64,000 nucleotides of DNA from Candidatus Omnitrophota bacterium (GTDB taxonomy: Bacteria; Omnitrophota; Gorgyraeia; JAFGHF01). Made by a program: the position numbers and the translations under genes. Location of the stretch: the NCBI GenBank assembly GCA_043805735.1, contig JAZDHS010000044.1, forward strand, positions 4,829 to 68,828, written 5' to 3'. Below, piece after piece: positions 9,376-18,986 of this stretch. Below the pieces are notes generated by a model. The model searched no databases and was not told the DNA's origin. It saw only the letters and a program-made list of their open reading frames with translations. How positions within the stretch are numbered: the stretch's first letter is position 1; the number at the start of each line of letters is the position of its first letter.

Positions 9376-10998
9376 ATGCGCACATTTGTCGCGGCGATAG
9401 CCGTAGGGGTGTCTTTTTTCTTTGTCGGAATTCAAAACTCTTATTTTAGCGAAGAAGAAGAACCGCAACAGCCAATCCAAATCTGTTCCTCCCGGGGAGA
9501 CCTGACTTTAGAGGAGACCACTCTTCTTGAACTGGAGGAGTCGGTCAAAACTCTTTCCCAGACCTTTGCCCACTATATTCGCGGCGTGTTATTTGACAGC
9601 GAAAAAAAGATTGATCGCGCCATTAAAGAATATGCCGCCGCCAAAGAACTCGACCCCTCGGTACCGATAATCCATAAGCGTTTGGCGATCGACTATCTGC
9701 GCGCCAGCAAATATAAAGAGGCCGAAGAAGAGCTCAACATTGTCAAAGAGCTTACTCCCCAAGACAGCAGCGTCCGTAAATTCCTAGCTGATTTTTACAC
9801 CGTGCAAAAGGATTTTGCCAAGGCCGCAGCGGAATACGAGGAGTTGCTGCAGCTGGACCCAGAGGATTTAGAGACCCTGGCGGCATTGGCCGACCTCTAC
9901 GTTATTGAGGAGCAGTTCGAAAAAGCAATCGAGATATACCAAACGATTATTGGAAAAAAACCCGGTTCGGCGCAGGTGTTTTTTAATTTAGGCATCATTT
10001 ACACCCGGATGAATAACCTTCCCGAGGCCGAGGCCAATTTCAAGAAAGCACTGGAGCTCGACCCCGAATATTTACAGGCCGAGTTAGCCTTGGCGCTGGT
10101 CAGCGAAATTAACCAAAACCTGCCCGAGGCGATTAAACATTATGAGAGCGCCTTAAAAATTGATCCGCTTAACATTAACGTCTATCACCGCCTGGCCCAA
10201 AGCTACTATCGCGAAAACCGGGTGGAAGACGCCGTTAACCAGTACAGCTTTATCCTCAAACTCAATCCCTATGATGTCGACGCCTATTTGGGCCTGGCCT
10301 ACCTTTACCTTAATGAGAAGCAGTATGCCCAAGGTATTAAAGTCCTGGAAGAGGCCTTGGCCGAAAAAGAACAGTGGCGCCAGACAGTGGACGTCGAGTT
10401 TTTGCCCGAAGAAAAAATCCAAAAACTAAAGAATTTAAAAGAAGCTCAGGCTTATTTGTTGTTGGGTATGGCCCATGCGCAAAGCGAACAGGATGACCTT
10501 GCCCTGGCCGCCTATAAAAAAGCCGTGGAGATCGAGCCGGAAAGCGCCGCCGGATATTTTTATTTAGGCGCCCTCTATGAACGTAAAGACGAACGGGAAA
10601 AGGCCTACACCGCGCTCAAAAAATCGGTGGAATTGGATCAGACTAACGCCGATGCGATGAATTATCTGGGGTATATGTATAGTGAAGACGGAATTAAACT
10701 CGACGAGGCCCAAACGCTGATTGAGAAGGCCTTGGAAATCGACCCCGAGAACGGGGCGTATATTGATAGCTTGGGTTGGGTCTATTTTAAGCAGGGTAAA
10801 CTCGACGATGCGTTGGTCAATGTGCAAAAAGCCACTGAGCTTCTAAAGGATGCCGAAGTTTTTGAGCACCTTGGCGACATCTATGAGCTCAAAGGCGAAT
10901 ACGAAAAAGCTAAAGAGGCCTGGCAGAAAACCCTCGAACTCGATCCGAAGCGGGAAACGGCGCAAAAAAAGTTAGATACGCTGCAAAAGAAAAGGTAA
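9376..10998 (+). CDS. TPR-repeat protein with N-terminal TM/signal anchor
   Basis: Multiple 34-aa TPR units (A..Y...L.LDP....A...LA..Y) and an N-terminal hydrophobic segment. Confidence 0.75.
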   Translation: MRTFVAAIAVGVSFFFVGIQNSYFSEEEEPQQPIQICSSRGDLTLEETTLLELEESVKTLSQTFAHYIRGVLFDSEKKIDRAIKEYAAAKELDPSVPIIHKRLAIDYLRASKYKEAEEELNIVKELTPQDSSVRKFLADFYTVQKDFAKAAAEYEELLQLDPEDLETLAALADLYVIEEQFEKAIEIYQTIIGKKPGSAQVFFNLGIIYTRMNNLPEAEANFKKALELDPEYLQAELALALVSEINQNLPEAIKHYESALKIDPLNINVYHRLAQSYYRENRVEDAVNQYSFILKLNPYDVDAYLGLAYLYLNEKQYAQGIKVLEEALAEKEQWRQTVDVEFLPEEKIQKLKNLKEAQAYLLLGMAHAQSEQDDLALAAYKKAVEIEPESAAGYFYLGALYERKDEREKAYTALKKSVELDQTNADAMNYLGYMYSEDGIKLDEAQTLIEKALEIDPENGAYIDSLGWVYFKQGKLDDALVNVQKATELLKDAEVFEHLGDIYELKGEYEKAKEAWQKTLELDPKRETAQKKLDTLQKKR

Positions 10999-11004
10999 GG
11001 CTTA

Positions 11005-11847
11005 ATGTCGCGCGCGAAGATACCACCTGGCGATTCCTCCGCAGAGCTCGCCCGGTTAAAAGATAAGGCAAAGCAGATTCGCAGGTTAATTGTCGAAATG
11101 CTGGCCAAGGCCGGTTCCGGGCATCCCGGCGGTTCGCTTTCTTCCGCGGATATTATGACCTGCCTTTATTTTTCGGTGCTGCGTCATAATCCCCAAGAGC
11201 CGAAATGGCCGGCGCGCGACCGCTTCCATTTGTCCAAAGGCCACTGTTGTCCGGTTTGGTATGCCGTCTTGGCCGAAAGCGGCTATTTTCCCAAGGAGTG
11301 GCTCTGGACTTTACGCACCTTAGGCAGTAAACTGCAGGGCCATCCCGACTGGCGGACTCCCGGCGTGGAAGTGGCCAGCGGCTCGTTAGGCCAGGGGCTT
11401 TCGGTGTCCGTTGGGATGTCTTTAGCGGCGCGGCTGGATAATATTGCTTACCGGGTATATTGCCTTTTGGGTGACGGCGAGATTCAGGAAGGCCAGGTCT
11501 GGGAAGCGGCGATGTCCGCCAGCCACTATCGCCTGGGCAACTTGTGCGCCATCCTTGACCATAACGGCTATCAGATCGACGGAAAAGTTTCCGAAATTAT
11601 GAATATCGAGCCGGTAAATGATAAATGGCGTTCTTTCGGCTGGAACACCATCGATATCGACGGGCATGACATCGGCGCAATTTTAAGCGCCTTTGACCAG
11701 GCTAAGGCCGTAACGGATAAACCGACGATTATTATTGCCAAGACCACCAAAGGCAAAGGCGTTTCCTTTATGGAGAATGTCGTTGATTTTCACGGCCGCG
11801 CTCCGACAAAAGAAGAGGCCGCGCAGGCCTTAAAGGAACTCTCATGA
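11005..11847 (+). CDS. transketolase, N-terminal (TPP-binding) subunit
   Basis: GHPGGSLS, LLGDGE...EG..WEA and HNGYQIDG motifs. Stop overlaps the next gene (ATGA). Confidence 0.85.
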   Translation: MSRAKIPPGDSSAELARLKDKAKQIRRLIVEMLAKAGSGHPGGSLSSADIMTCLYFSVLRHNPQEPKWPARDRFHLSKGHCCPVWYAVLAESGYFPKEWLWTLRTLGSKLQGHPDWRTPGVEVASGSLGQGLSVSVGMSLAARLDNIAYRVYCLLGDGEIQEGQVWEAAMSASHYRLGNLCAILDHNGYQIDGKVSEIMNIEPVNDKWRSFGWNTIDIDGHDIGAILSAFDQAKAVTDKPTIIIAKTTKGKGVSFMENVVDFHGRAPTKEEAAQALKELS

Positions 11848-12773
11848 GTGAACAACAATACGCCCGCGATGCCTATGGCGAGGCCTTAATTGAATTGGGC
11901 CAGAAAAATAATAATATTGTCGCCCTCGATGCCGACCTGGCGTCTTCCACGCGCACCGGGCGGTTTGGTAAAAAATTTCCGCAGCGTTTTTTTGACTTTG
12001 GCGTAGCCGAGCAGAATATGATGGGGGTGGCCGCGGGGTTGGCCAGTTGCGGAAAAATCCCCTTTGTCAGTACCTTTGCCATTTTTGGTTCCGGCCGGGC
12101 CTGGGACCAGGTGCGTAATACCATCTGCTACAATAAACTCAATGTCAAGATTGTGGTTACTCACGCCGGGATTACCGTTGGCCCCGACGGATCGAGCCAT
12201 CAGGCGATTGAGGATGTTGCGCTGATGCGCGCGATCGCCAATATGACTATTGTCGTGCCTTGCGATGGGCCGGAGACAAAAGAGGCAATCTTCGCCGCGG
12301 CCGAATACCCCGGGCCGGTGTATGTACGCCTGGGCCGGGCCAAGATCCCGACCATTGAGAAAAAAAACGGGTTTAAAATCGGCCAGGCCAGGATCATTAC
12401 CGAAGGCGGCGATGTGGCGATTATCGCCTGCGGAATCATGGTCAAGGCGGCCCAAGACGCCGCCGAGCTGCTTAAAAACGAAGGTATTAATGCCAGCGTA
12501 ATCAATATGCATACCATCCGGCCGATTGATAAAGAAGTCATTATTGCTTATGCCCGCAAAACCAAGCGCATCGTTACTTGCGAAGAGCACTTAACGCACG
12601 GTGGCCTGGCTAGCGCCGTGGCTGAAATTTTAGCGGAAAATATACCGACACCGATGAGAAGGATTGGCGTCAAAGAGCGTTTTGGCCAATCCGGGGACCC
12701 GGACGAGTTGCTCAAGGAATATAATCTCTTGCCCGTAGATATTGCCAAAGCCTGTAAAGAACTTATTAGTTAG
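11844..12773 (+). CDS. transketolase, C-terminal (pyrimidine-binding) subunit
   Basis: FGVAEQNMMGVAAGLA...THAGITVGPDGSSHQA.ED motif. Split transketolase arrangement. Confidence 0.85.
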   Translation: MSEQQYARDAYGEALIELGQKNNNIVALDADLASSTRTGRFGKKFPQRFFDFGVAEQNMMGVAAGLASCGKIPFVSTFAIFGSGRAWDQVRNTICYNKLNVKIVVTHAGITVGPDGSSHQAIEDVALMRAIANMTIVVPCDGPETKEAIFAAAEYPGPVYVRLGRAKIPTIEKKNGFKIGQARIITEGGDVAIIACGIMVKAAQDAAELLKNEGINASVINMHTIRPIDKEVIIAYARKTKRIVTCEEHLTHGGLASAVAEILAENIPTPMRRIGVKERFGQSGDPDELLKEYNLLPVDIAKACKELIS

Positions 12774-12855
12774 CCGGTTTGCGGGTTTGCGAGTTCACGG
12801 GTTCTAATGAACTCCTAACTCGTTAACACGCTAACATGTTAACACGCTAACTGTG

Positions 12856-13758
12856 ATGAAAACACTCACCCTCCAAGCCCCAGCGAAACTGAATCTTTTC
12901 CTGCGCGTCTGTAATAAACGCCCCGATGGTTACCACAATATCGAAACTATTTTTGAGAAAATTGACCTCTGCGATACGCTTACTCTCGCGCCGCGGGCCC
13001 AAGGTATTAAGGTGGTTTGCCGCCGTAAGTCCGTGCCCAGCGGCCGGCGTAATCTTTGTTATCGCGCCGCCCAGGCGCTTTTGGCGCATACCCATTGCCC
13101 GCGCGGGGTGGAGATTATAATTAGAAAGCGCATTCCCGTGGCTGCCGGATTGGGCGGAGGCAGCAGCGATGCCGCCAGCGCACTCATCGGTATTAATATA
13201 TTATTGGGCCTTAATGTCCCCCGCAAGGAGCTCTTCACCCTAGCGCAAGGCCTGGGCGCGGATGTCCCTTTCTTTATTATTGATGCTTCCCGGGCCGTGG
13301 GCAGAGGAAAAGGCGAAATACTTACTCCCGTAAAGGTAAAAGCGAAAAATTGGTATGTACTGGCGCTGCCTAAAGGCTTAGAATTCTCTACGCGGGCAAT
13401 GTATCAGCACCCGAAAATTACCTTGACAAAAAGGCCTTATGGTGCTAAAATTATACTTTGCGCATTAGAGAAAAATGACTTAACCGCTTTTGGTAAATAT
13501 AGTTATAACAGCTTTGAAGGAATTCTCCATCAGAAAAATAGAACAGTATTTGCGATTAAAAAGGCCCTCTCGTCTTTGGGTGTACGCGCAGCTTTGATGT
13601 CTGGAAGTGGGCCTTGTGTTTTTGGGGTCGTTGCATCGGGAAAGGAGGCCCAGCGGGTTAGTAAGGCGTTGCGGAAAATCAACCGCACTTGGCAGGTTAT
13701 AGTTGCAAGAACTAACAGTAAGAGGAGGACCACAGAGCATGGAAATCACAGAGGTTAG
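12856..13758 (+). CDS. ispE: 4-diphosphocytidyl-2-C-methyl-D-erythritol kinase
   Basis: APAKLNLFL...I..R.P.GYH and GHMP kinase loop IPVAAGLGGGSSDAA. The 3' end overlaps the spoVG RBS and start. Confidence 0.8.
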   Translation: MKTLTLQAPAKLNLFLRVCNKRPDGYHNIETIFEKIDLCDTLTLAPRAQGIKVVCRRKSVPSGRRNLCYRAAQALLAHTHCPRGVEIIIRKRIPVAAGLGGGSSDAASALIGINILLGLNVPRKELFTLAQGLGADVPFFIIDASRAVGRGKGEILTPVKVKAKNWYVLALPKGLEFSTRAMYQHPKITLTKRPYGAKIILCALEKNDLTAFGKYSYNSFEGILHQKNRTVFAIKKALSSLGVRAALMSGSGPCVFGVVASGKEAQRVSKALRKINRTWQVIVARTNSKRRTTEHGNHRG

Positions 13759-14179
13759 AATATTTTTACGCGATAATCCGGCAACCAAACTCAGGGCATA
13801 TGCTACTATCACCTTTGACAATGCCTTTGTGGTTAGAAATATCAAGGTGATTGAGGGTAACAAAGGTCTATTTGTCGCCATGCCTTCGCGCCGAATTGAA
13901 GAACCCTGCCCGAAATGTGGAGCAAAGAATGCGCTCAGGAGTAAATACTGCAGTCAGTGCGGCAGCCATCTGCCCCATAAAGAGTTGATCGTGCCCGAAG
14001 TGGAAAGCGCCATCGGTGAAAAAAGCGACCGCCGCTCCGAGCACCGCGACATCGCCCATCCGATTAATATGGAAACCAGGGAGTACATTCAAAGGAAAAT
14101 CCTGGAAGCGTATGAAACCGAGAAACAGAAGAAGCCTGAAGAAAGGCTGCCTGCTTCCGAAGAAATAGAACAGCTCTAG
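13739..14179 (+). CDS. spoVG: SpoVG family protein with ~50-aa zinc-ribbon insertion
   Basis: MEITEVRIF...LRAYATITFDNAFVVRNIKVIEGNKGLFVAMPSRR ... RDIAHPIN matches SpoVG. The usual short loop is replaced by EEPCPKCGAKNALRSKYCSQCGSHLP.... AAGAGGAGG RBS upstream. Confidence 0.8.
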   Translation: MEITEVRIFLRDNPATKLRAYATITFDNAFVVRNIKVIEGNKGLFVAMPSRRIEEPCPKCGAKNALRSKYCSQCGSHLPHKELIVPEVESAIGEKSDRRSEHRDIAHPINMETREYIQRKILEAYETEKQKKPEERLPASEEIEQL

Positions 14180-14194
14180 ACACGGGTATGTTAT

Positions 14195-14269
14195 TGCCCG
14201 GTGGTGAAACGGTATGCACACTGGCCTTTGGAGCCAAGGTTCCTGGTTCGAATCCAGGCCGGGCAACCA
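14195..14269 (+). tRNA. tRNA-Gln (anticodon UUG)
   Basis: U1:A72 acceptor (TGCCCGG/CCGGGCA), T-arm CCTGG-TTCGAAT-CCAGG, anticodon loop CTTTGGA, and 3' ACCA encoded. The Gln-specific U1 start matches E. coli tRNA-Gln. Confidence 0.7.
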
Positions 14270-14290
14270 ATTTTTAATTAGCAAACACTC

Positions 14291-15601
14291 ATGAAAAATA
14301 TTGTAGCTATAGTCTTAGCCGCGGGTGAAGGCACGCGGATGAAATCAAGCCTGCCCAAGGTATTGCATCAGGTCTGCGGCAAGCCGATGCTGGCCTATAT
14401 ACTTGACGCGCTCAGGCAGATGGCGATTAGAAAAATTATTGTGGTCGTTGGGCATCAGGCGCCTAAAGTAAAAGAACTCTTAAAAAATGACCGGGAGATC
14501 ACCACGGTTATTCAAGCCGCCTTGCTTGGTTCGGGAGATGCGGTCTGGCAGGCGCGCAGTGCCCTCTCGGCTTTTAAAGGCGATGTAGTGGTGGTCTATG
14601 GCGACACGCCGTTAGTCACCCACGAGAGCCTCAAAAATGTCATCCAATCGCACCAGGCGACGGGTGCGGCCTGCACGCTTTTGGCCGCCGTCACCAAAAA
14701 TCCGACGGGATTTGGCCGGATTGTGCGCGGCGACGATAACAATGTAGTGCAAATTGTCGAAGAACAGGAGGCCGATACCTTTCAAAAGGCAATCGGAGAA
14801 ATCAATGTCGGGGTCTACTGTTATAATGCCCGCGAACTGTTTGCGGCCCTGGAACAAATTAAACCCGATAACAAAAAAAACGAATACTATTTAACCGATA
14901 CGATCAAGATCCTCACCGCGAAGAAGGCTCTTGTGCAGGCTGTATCTACGGCTGATGAGCAGGAGGCCTTGGGCATCAATTCGCGCCAGGAACTGGTGCA
15001 TGCCAACGCCGTCCTCAACAAAAGAAACATCGATCTCTTGCTGAAAAGCGGGGTGACCGTGGTTTCCCCTGAGACCACCTTTGTCCATGCCGATGTCGAG
15101 ATTGGCAGCGACAGCGTTATCTATCCGCACACGATTATTGAGAGCAGGGTAAAAATTGGCCAACACTGCCAGATCGGCCCGTTTGCGCGCCTGCGCTCGG
15201 GTTCGGTTCTGGAAGACGATGTGCAAATCGGTAATTTTGTGGAAATAAACCGGTCGAAAATTTCCAGTGGTACGCGGATTAAACATCACAGCTATATCGG
15301 CGATGCCTTAATCGGCAAAAACGTCAACGTAGGGGCGGGAACGATTACCGCTAATTACGACGGCAAAAACAAAAACCAGACCATTATCGAAGACGGGGCC
15401 TTTATCGGTGTCGGTACCGTCTTAATTGCTCCCGTAAAAATCGGTCGGGGTGCCCTTACCGGGGCCGGCAGCGTGGTGACCAAAGGCAAGAATGTCCCGC
15501 CGGGAACAGTGGTGGCCGGTGTGCCGGCCAAGGTACTCAATCCTAAAGGGCGTACCCAGCATTCCTTAAAGCTGGGGTCTAAAAAAGCAAGAGGTGGATA
15601 A
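14291..15601 (+). CDS. glmU: bifunctional UDP-GlcNAc pyrophosphorylase / GlcN-1-P N-acetyltransferase
   Basis: N-terminal LAAGEGTRMKS..PKVLH nucleotidyltransferase domain and C-terminal left-handed beta-helix hexapeptide repeats. Confidence 0.85.
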   Translation: MKNIVAIVLAAGEGTRMKSSLPKVLHQVCGKPMLAYILDALRQMAIRKIIVVVGHQAPKVKELLKNDREITTVIQAALLGSGDAVWQARSALSAFKGDVVVVYGDTPLVTHESLKNVIQSHQATGAACTLLAAVTKNPTGFGRIVRGDDNNVVQIVEEQEADTFQKAIGEINVGVYCYNARELFAALEQIKPDNKKNEYYLTDTIKILTAKKALVQAVSTADEQEALGINSRQELVHANAVLNKRNIDLLLKSGVTVVSPETTFVHADVEIGSDSVIYPHTIIESRVKIGQHCQIGPFARLRSGSVLEDDVQIGNFVEINRSKISSGTRIKHHSYIGDALIGKNVNVGAGTITANYDGKNKNQTIIEDGAFIGVGTVLIAPVKIGRGALTGAGSVVTKGKNVPPGTVVAGVPAKVLNPKGRTQHSLKLGSKKARGG

Positions 15602-16539
15602 TGGATAAACTGGCCGTCTTTTCCGGAAACGCTAATCCTAATTTGGCGCAAGAGATCTGCAAATATTTACGGGTCCGCCTGGGTGAGACAGCGGTGACGC
15701 GTTTTAGCGAGGGTGAAATCAAGGTCCAGCTCAAAGAAAATGTCCGCGGCAAAGACGTCTTCCTGATTCAACCCACTTGTCCGCCGGTAAACGAAAACAT
15801 GATGGAACTCTTGATCATGATTGATGCGCTCAAGCGGGCCTCAGCCGGAAGAATTACCGCGGTGTTGCCCTATTATGGCTATGCCCGCCAGGACCGTAAA
15901 GATCAGCCGCGCGTACCGATCAGCGCCAAGTTAGTCGCGGACTTAATTACCACTGCCGGGGCATCGCGGCTTTTGACTATCGATTTGCATGCCCAGCAGA
16001 TCCAGGGGTTCTTCGATATCCCCGTGGATCATCTCTACGCCATTAACGTATTTTTGGAATATTACGAACGGTTAAATTTAGAAAACCTGGTCGTGGTCTC
16101 TCCCGACGTCGGCGGCATCAAGATGGCCCGCGCCTATGCCAAACGCTTCAATGCCGACCTGGCCATTATCGATAAGCGCCGGATTAATAGCGAAGAGACC
16201 GAGGTAATAAATATTTTGGGTGAGGTGCGCGGCAAGAACGCGATTATTGTCGACGATTTGGTCGCTACCGCCGGTTCGCTGGTCGAAGCCGCCCAGGCGC
16301 TTAAAGACAACGGGGCGATCGATATTTACGCGGCTATTACGCACCCGGTGCTTTCCGGCCCGGCCTTAGAGCGGATCGAATACAGCTGTTTAAAACAGCT
16401 GGTGGTCTGCGATACGATTCCGGTTGAAGATTCCAAGAGTCATCCTAGAATTAAAGTGCTTTCTGTAGCGCCTCTATTAGGCGAGGCGATAAAAAGGATC
16501 CATCGTGAAGAGTCGGTAAGTTGTCTATTCGATTCATGA
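15601..16539 (+). CDS. prs: ribose-phosphate pyrophosphokinase
   Basis: VVSPDVGG..A...A... and DDLVATAGS (PRPP-binding) motifs; 312 aa. Confidence 0.9.
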   Translation: MDKLAVFSGNANPNLAQEICKYLRVRLGETAVTRFSEGEIKVQLKENVRGKDVFLIQPTCPPVNENMMELLIMIDALKRASAGRITAVLPYYGYARQDRKDQPRVPISAKLVADLITTAGASRLLTIDLHAQQIQGFFDIPVDHLYAINVFLEYYERLNLENLVVVSPDVGGIKMARAYAKRFNADLAIIDKRRINSEETEVINILGEVRGKNAIIVDDLVATAGSLVEAAQALKDNGAIDIYAAITHPVLSGPALERIEYSCLKQLVVCDTIPVEDSKSHPRIKVLSVAPLLGEAIKRIHREESVSCLFDS

Positions 16540-16550
16540 AAGGTTAAACA

Positions 16551-17276
16551 ATGGAAGAGATAAAACTAAAGGCGCAACTAAGAGAAGAAATCGGTAAACA
16601 AGCGGTAAGGAAGCTCAGGAACAAAGGACTGGTACCGGCCGTGGTCTATCGCGGGGCGAAGGCCGAGCATCTGACTATCTCGGCTAAAGATTTTCAGCAC
16701 GTTATTCATACCAAGGCCGGCGAGAACGTCATTATCCACCTGGATATTGAAGGGGGAAAACCGGAGGCGAAAAGCAAAAAAGCCTTACGGCCGACCATTA
16801 TTAAGGAAATCCAATACCATCCGGTTAAGGGCAATATCTTACATGTCGACCTGAATGAAATTTCGTTGACTGAAGTGATTACGGTCAAGGTGCCCGTGGT
16901 GACAAAAGGAGAGGCCAAAGGCGTCAAAGAGGGCGGGGTATTGGAACATGTCCTCTGGGAAGTCGAAGTAGAGTGTCTGCCGACACAAATCCCGGAAAAT
17001 ATTTCAGTGGATGTGACAGAATTACAGATTGGTGATACAATAATGTTGAAAGGCTTGCGCGCGCCGGAGGGAGTGAAGCTTCTGGGTGATCCCGATGCAG
17101 CCGTACTGGCGGTGGCCGCGCCGTACGTCGAAAAACCGGCGGAAGCACCGCTTGAGGGCGAAGAAATGAAAGAGCCCGAAGTGATCATGGAACGTAAGCC
17201 CAAGGAAGAAGAGGCCGCCGAAGACGCCTCAGGGAAACAACCGGCGAAAGACAAAGAAAAAGATAAAGAAAAATAG
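16551..17276 (+). CDS. rplY: 50S ribosomal protein L25 / general stress protein Ctc
   Basis: L25/Ctc N-terminal domain (R...GK...R.LR..G.VPAVVYG) plus a C-terminal extension with an acidic/lysine tail. Confidence 0.8.
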   Translation: MEEIKLKAQLREEIGKQAVRKLRNKGLVPAVVYRGAKAEHLTISAKDFQHVIHTKAGENVIIHLDIEGGKPEAKSKKALRPTIIKEIQYHPVKGNILHVDLNEISLTEVITVKVPVVTKGEAKGVKEGGVLEHVLWEVEVECLPTQIPENISVDVTELQIGDTIMLKGLRAPEGVKLLGDPDAAVLAVAAPYVEKPAEAPLEGEEMKEPEVIMERKPKEEEAAEDASGKQPAKDKEKDKEK

Positions 17277-17289
17277 CATCGAGCCTCGG

Positions 17290-17868
17290 GTGAAAATCGT
17301 TGTTGGATTGGGAAACCCCGGTATTACGTATTCAGCTACCCGGCATAATGTCGGGTTTGCGCTGATTAAGTACCTCGCCCGGACCGAGAAAATAAAATTA
17401 CGCGAAAAAGCATTTCATTGCCTGTTGGGCCGGGGCACGATTGGTCAAGTGCAGGTAATTTTAGCTCTGCCCCTGACATTTATGAACTTAAGCGGCCAGG
17501 CCTTGGCGGCACTGGCCAAACGCTATAACATTGCGCTTACGGATGTGCTGGTAGTTTGCGATGATGCGGCCCTGCCCTTAGGGGCGATGCGCATCAGGCC
17601 CAGCGGCAGCGACGGAGGGCATAAAGGCCTGCGTTCGATTATTGAGGAACTGGGCAGCAGCGATTTTGCCCGTTTGCGAATTGGTATTGGCCAGCCCCCA
17701 ACTGACGCACACCAGAAGCCTTTAACCGAGTTCGTGTTGGGTAAATTTAGTAAAAAAGAAACACCGGTTATCGAGAAAACGATCAAAGACGCCGCCGAAG
17801 CTATCCTGCTGTGGATTAAAGAGGGTGCGGCGCCGGTGATGAACAGATTTAATCGGAAAGGAGTTTGA
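17290..17868 (+). CDS. pth: peptidyl-tRNA hydrolase
   Basis: GTG start; ...VVGLGNPG..Y..TRHN.GF. Confidence 0.8.
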   Translation: MKIVVGLGNPGITYSATRHNVGFALIKYLARTEKIKLREKAFHCLLGRGTIGQVQVILALPLTFMNLSGQALAALAKRYNIALTDVLVVCDDAALPLGAMRIRPSGSDGGHKGLRSIIEELGSSDFARLRIGIGQPPTDAHQKPLTEFVLGKFSKKETPVIEKTIKDAAEAILLWIKEGAAPVMNRFNRKGV

Positions 17869-17870
17869 CT

Positions 17871-18176
17871 TTGTCAGCATACGAAGCGATGTTTATTTTT
17901 CGGCCGGATATTAATGAGGAGGCGCATAAGGCGCTGGTGCAGGAAATGGAAAACATTATCAAAAACAATCAGGCGACAATTACGGAGTCGCAAATGTACG
18001 GAAGAAAGCAACTGGCCTACGAGATCAAAAAATGCAAAGAAGGCCTTTACCATCTGATTAATTTTTCCGCGCTAACTGGTGTGGTTCCGGACCAGCTCAA
18101 ACATGCCTGCTCGATTAATGAGAGCGTGATCAGGGTGCTCATTTTGAAAAGAGAAGAGAAGAAGCTTAAAGCGTAG
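17871..18176 (+). CDS. rpsF: 30S ribosomal protein S6
   Basis: YEAMFIFRPD... matches S6 (RHYEIVFMVHPD). TTG start at 17871 has an AAAGGAG RBS 7 nt upstream; the alternative TTG at 17865 overlaps the pth stop. Confidence 0.8.
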   Translation: MSAYEAMFIFRPDINEEAHKALVQEMENIIKNNQATITESQMYGRKQLAYEIKKCKEGLYHLINFSALTGVVPDQLKHACSINESVIRVLILKREEKKLKA

Positions 18177-18191
18177 CAATAGGAGGAGACG

Positions 18192-18647
18192 ATGGCCAAT
18201 TTTAATCGCGTATTTTTAATGGGCAATCTTACCCGTGACCCGGAGCTGCGTTATACCCCCAGCGGCACGGCGGTTACCAATTTAAGGATCGCGGTCAATC
18301 GCCGATTTAAGACCCAGACCGGCGAGATTAAAGAGGAAACCACCTTTCTGACGGTAGTCGCCTGGGGCAAGCAGGCCGAGACCTGTTCACAATTCTTAAG
18401 TAAAGGTAAACCCATTTTTGTCGAAGGGCGCCTGCAGATGCGTAGCTGGGAGACCCCCGATGGCCAAAAACGGAATATTTTGGAAGTACGGGCTTCCCGG
18501 GTGCAATTTTTAGGCCGGCCGGCGGTAAGCGAAAGCCCGGCGGCAGAGCTGAAGGAAGAAACTCTCGACAATATTTTGCAGGACGCGGATGTAAATTTGT
18601 TAGATGAAGAAGAAAAGAATGTTGATTCCAAGGAAGTGCCGTTTTAG
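18192..18647 (+). CDS. ssb: single-stranded DNA-binding protein
   Basis: MANFNRVFLMGNLTRDPELRYTPSGTAV..L.IAVNRR OB-fold and a C-terminal acidic tail ...DEEE. Confidence 0.9.
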   Translation: MANFNRVFLMGNLTRDPELRYTPSGTAVTNLRIAVNRRFKTQTGEIKEETTFLTVVAWGKQAETCSQFLSKGKPIFVEGRLQMRSWETPDGQKRNILEVRASRVQFLGRPAVSESPAAELKEETLDNILQDADVNLLDEEEKNVDSKEVPF

Positions 18648-18707
18648 CCCAGAGGGGCAGGCCTTACTTTCCATTAAGTAAGGGTCTAACACTAAAGGAA
18701 AAAACCG

Positions 18708-18956
18708 ATGGTAAAAATGAAAAAAAGAAGACCACCAAGGCAGTTCATCTTAAGAAAAAAGTTTTGTCTCTTTTGCGTGGAAAAATCCCGGGAGATCGAC
18801 TATAAAGATATATCCACGTTGATAAAATTTACCACCGAAAGAGGCAAAATCATTCCTCGCCGCGTATCGGGCGTGTGCGCTAAGCATCAGCGCCGCTTGG
18901 CAATGGCGATGAAACAGGCCCGTATTATCGCGCTTTTGCCATTTGTGCGGCAATAG
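18708..18956 (+). CDS. rpsR: 30S ribosomal protein S18
   Basis: C.FC......IDYKD...L..F.TERGKI.PRR.SG.CAKHQR.LA.A.K.AR. Confidence 0.85.
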   Translation: MVKMKKRRPPRQFILRKKFCLFCVEKSREIDYKDISTLIKFTTERGKIIPRRVSGVCAKHQRRLAMAMKQARIIALLPFVRQ

Positions 18957-18986
18957 TGCGTAAAGCTTAAGAATGAGGGGAAAACC

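Noticed and set aside
11886-12590. 234-aa minus-strand ORF antisense to the transketolase C-terminal subunit
   Set aside because: It is completely contained in and antisense to a strongly supported transketolase CDS. The translation is Gly/Arg/Pro-rich and lacks recognisable motifs.
13868-14284. Minus-strand ORFs (138 aa and 68 aa) overlapping the 3' end of spoVG and the tRNA-Gln gene
   Set aside because: They run antisense to a well-supported SpoVG CDS and a canonical tRNA cloverleaf. They have no RBS, and the translation is low-complexity Phe/Leu-rich. Called spurious.
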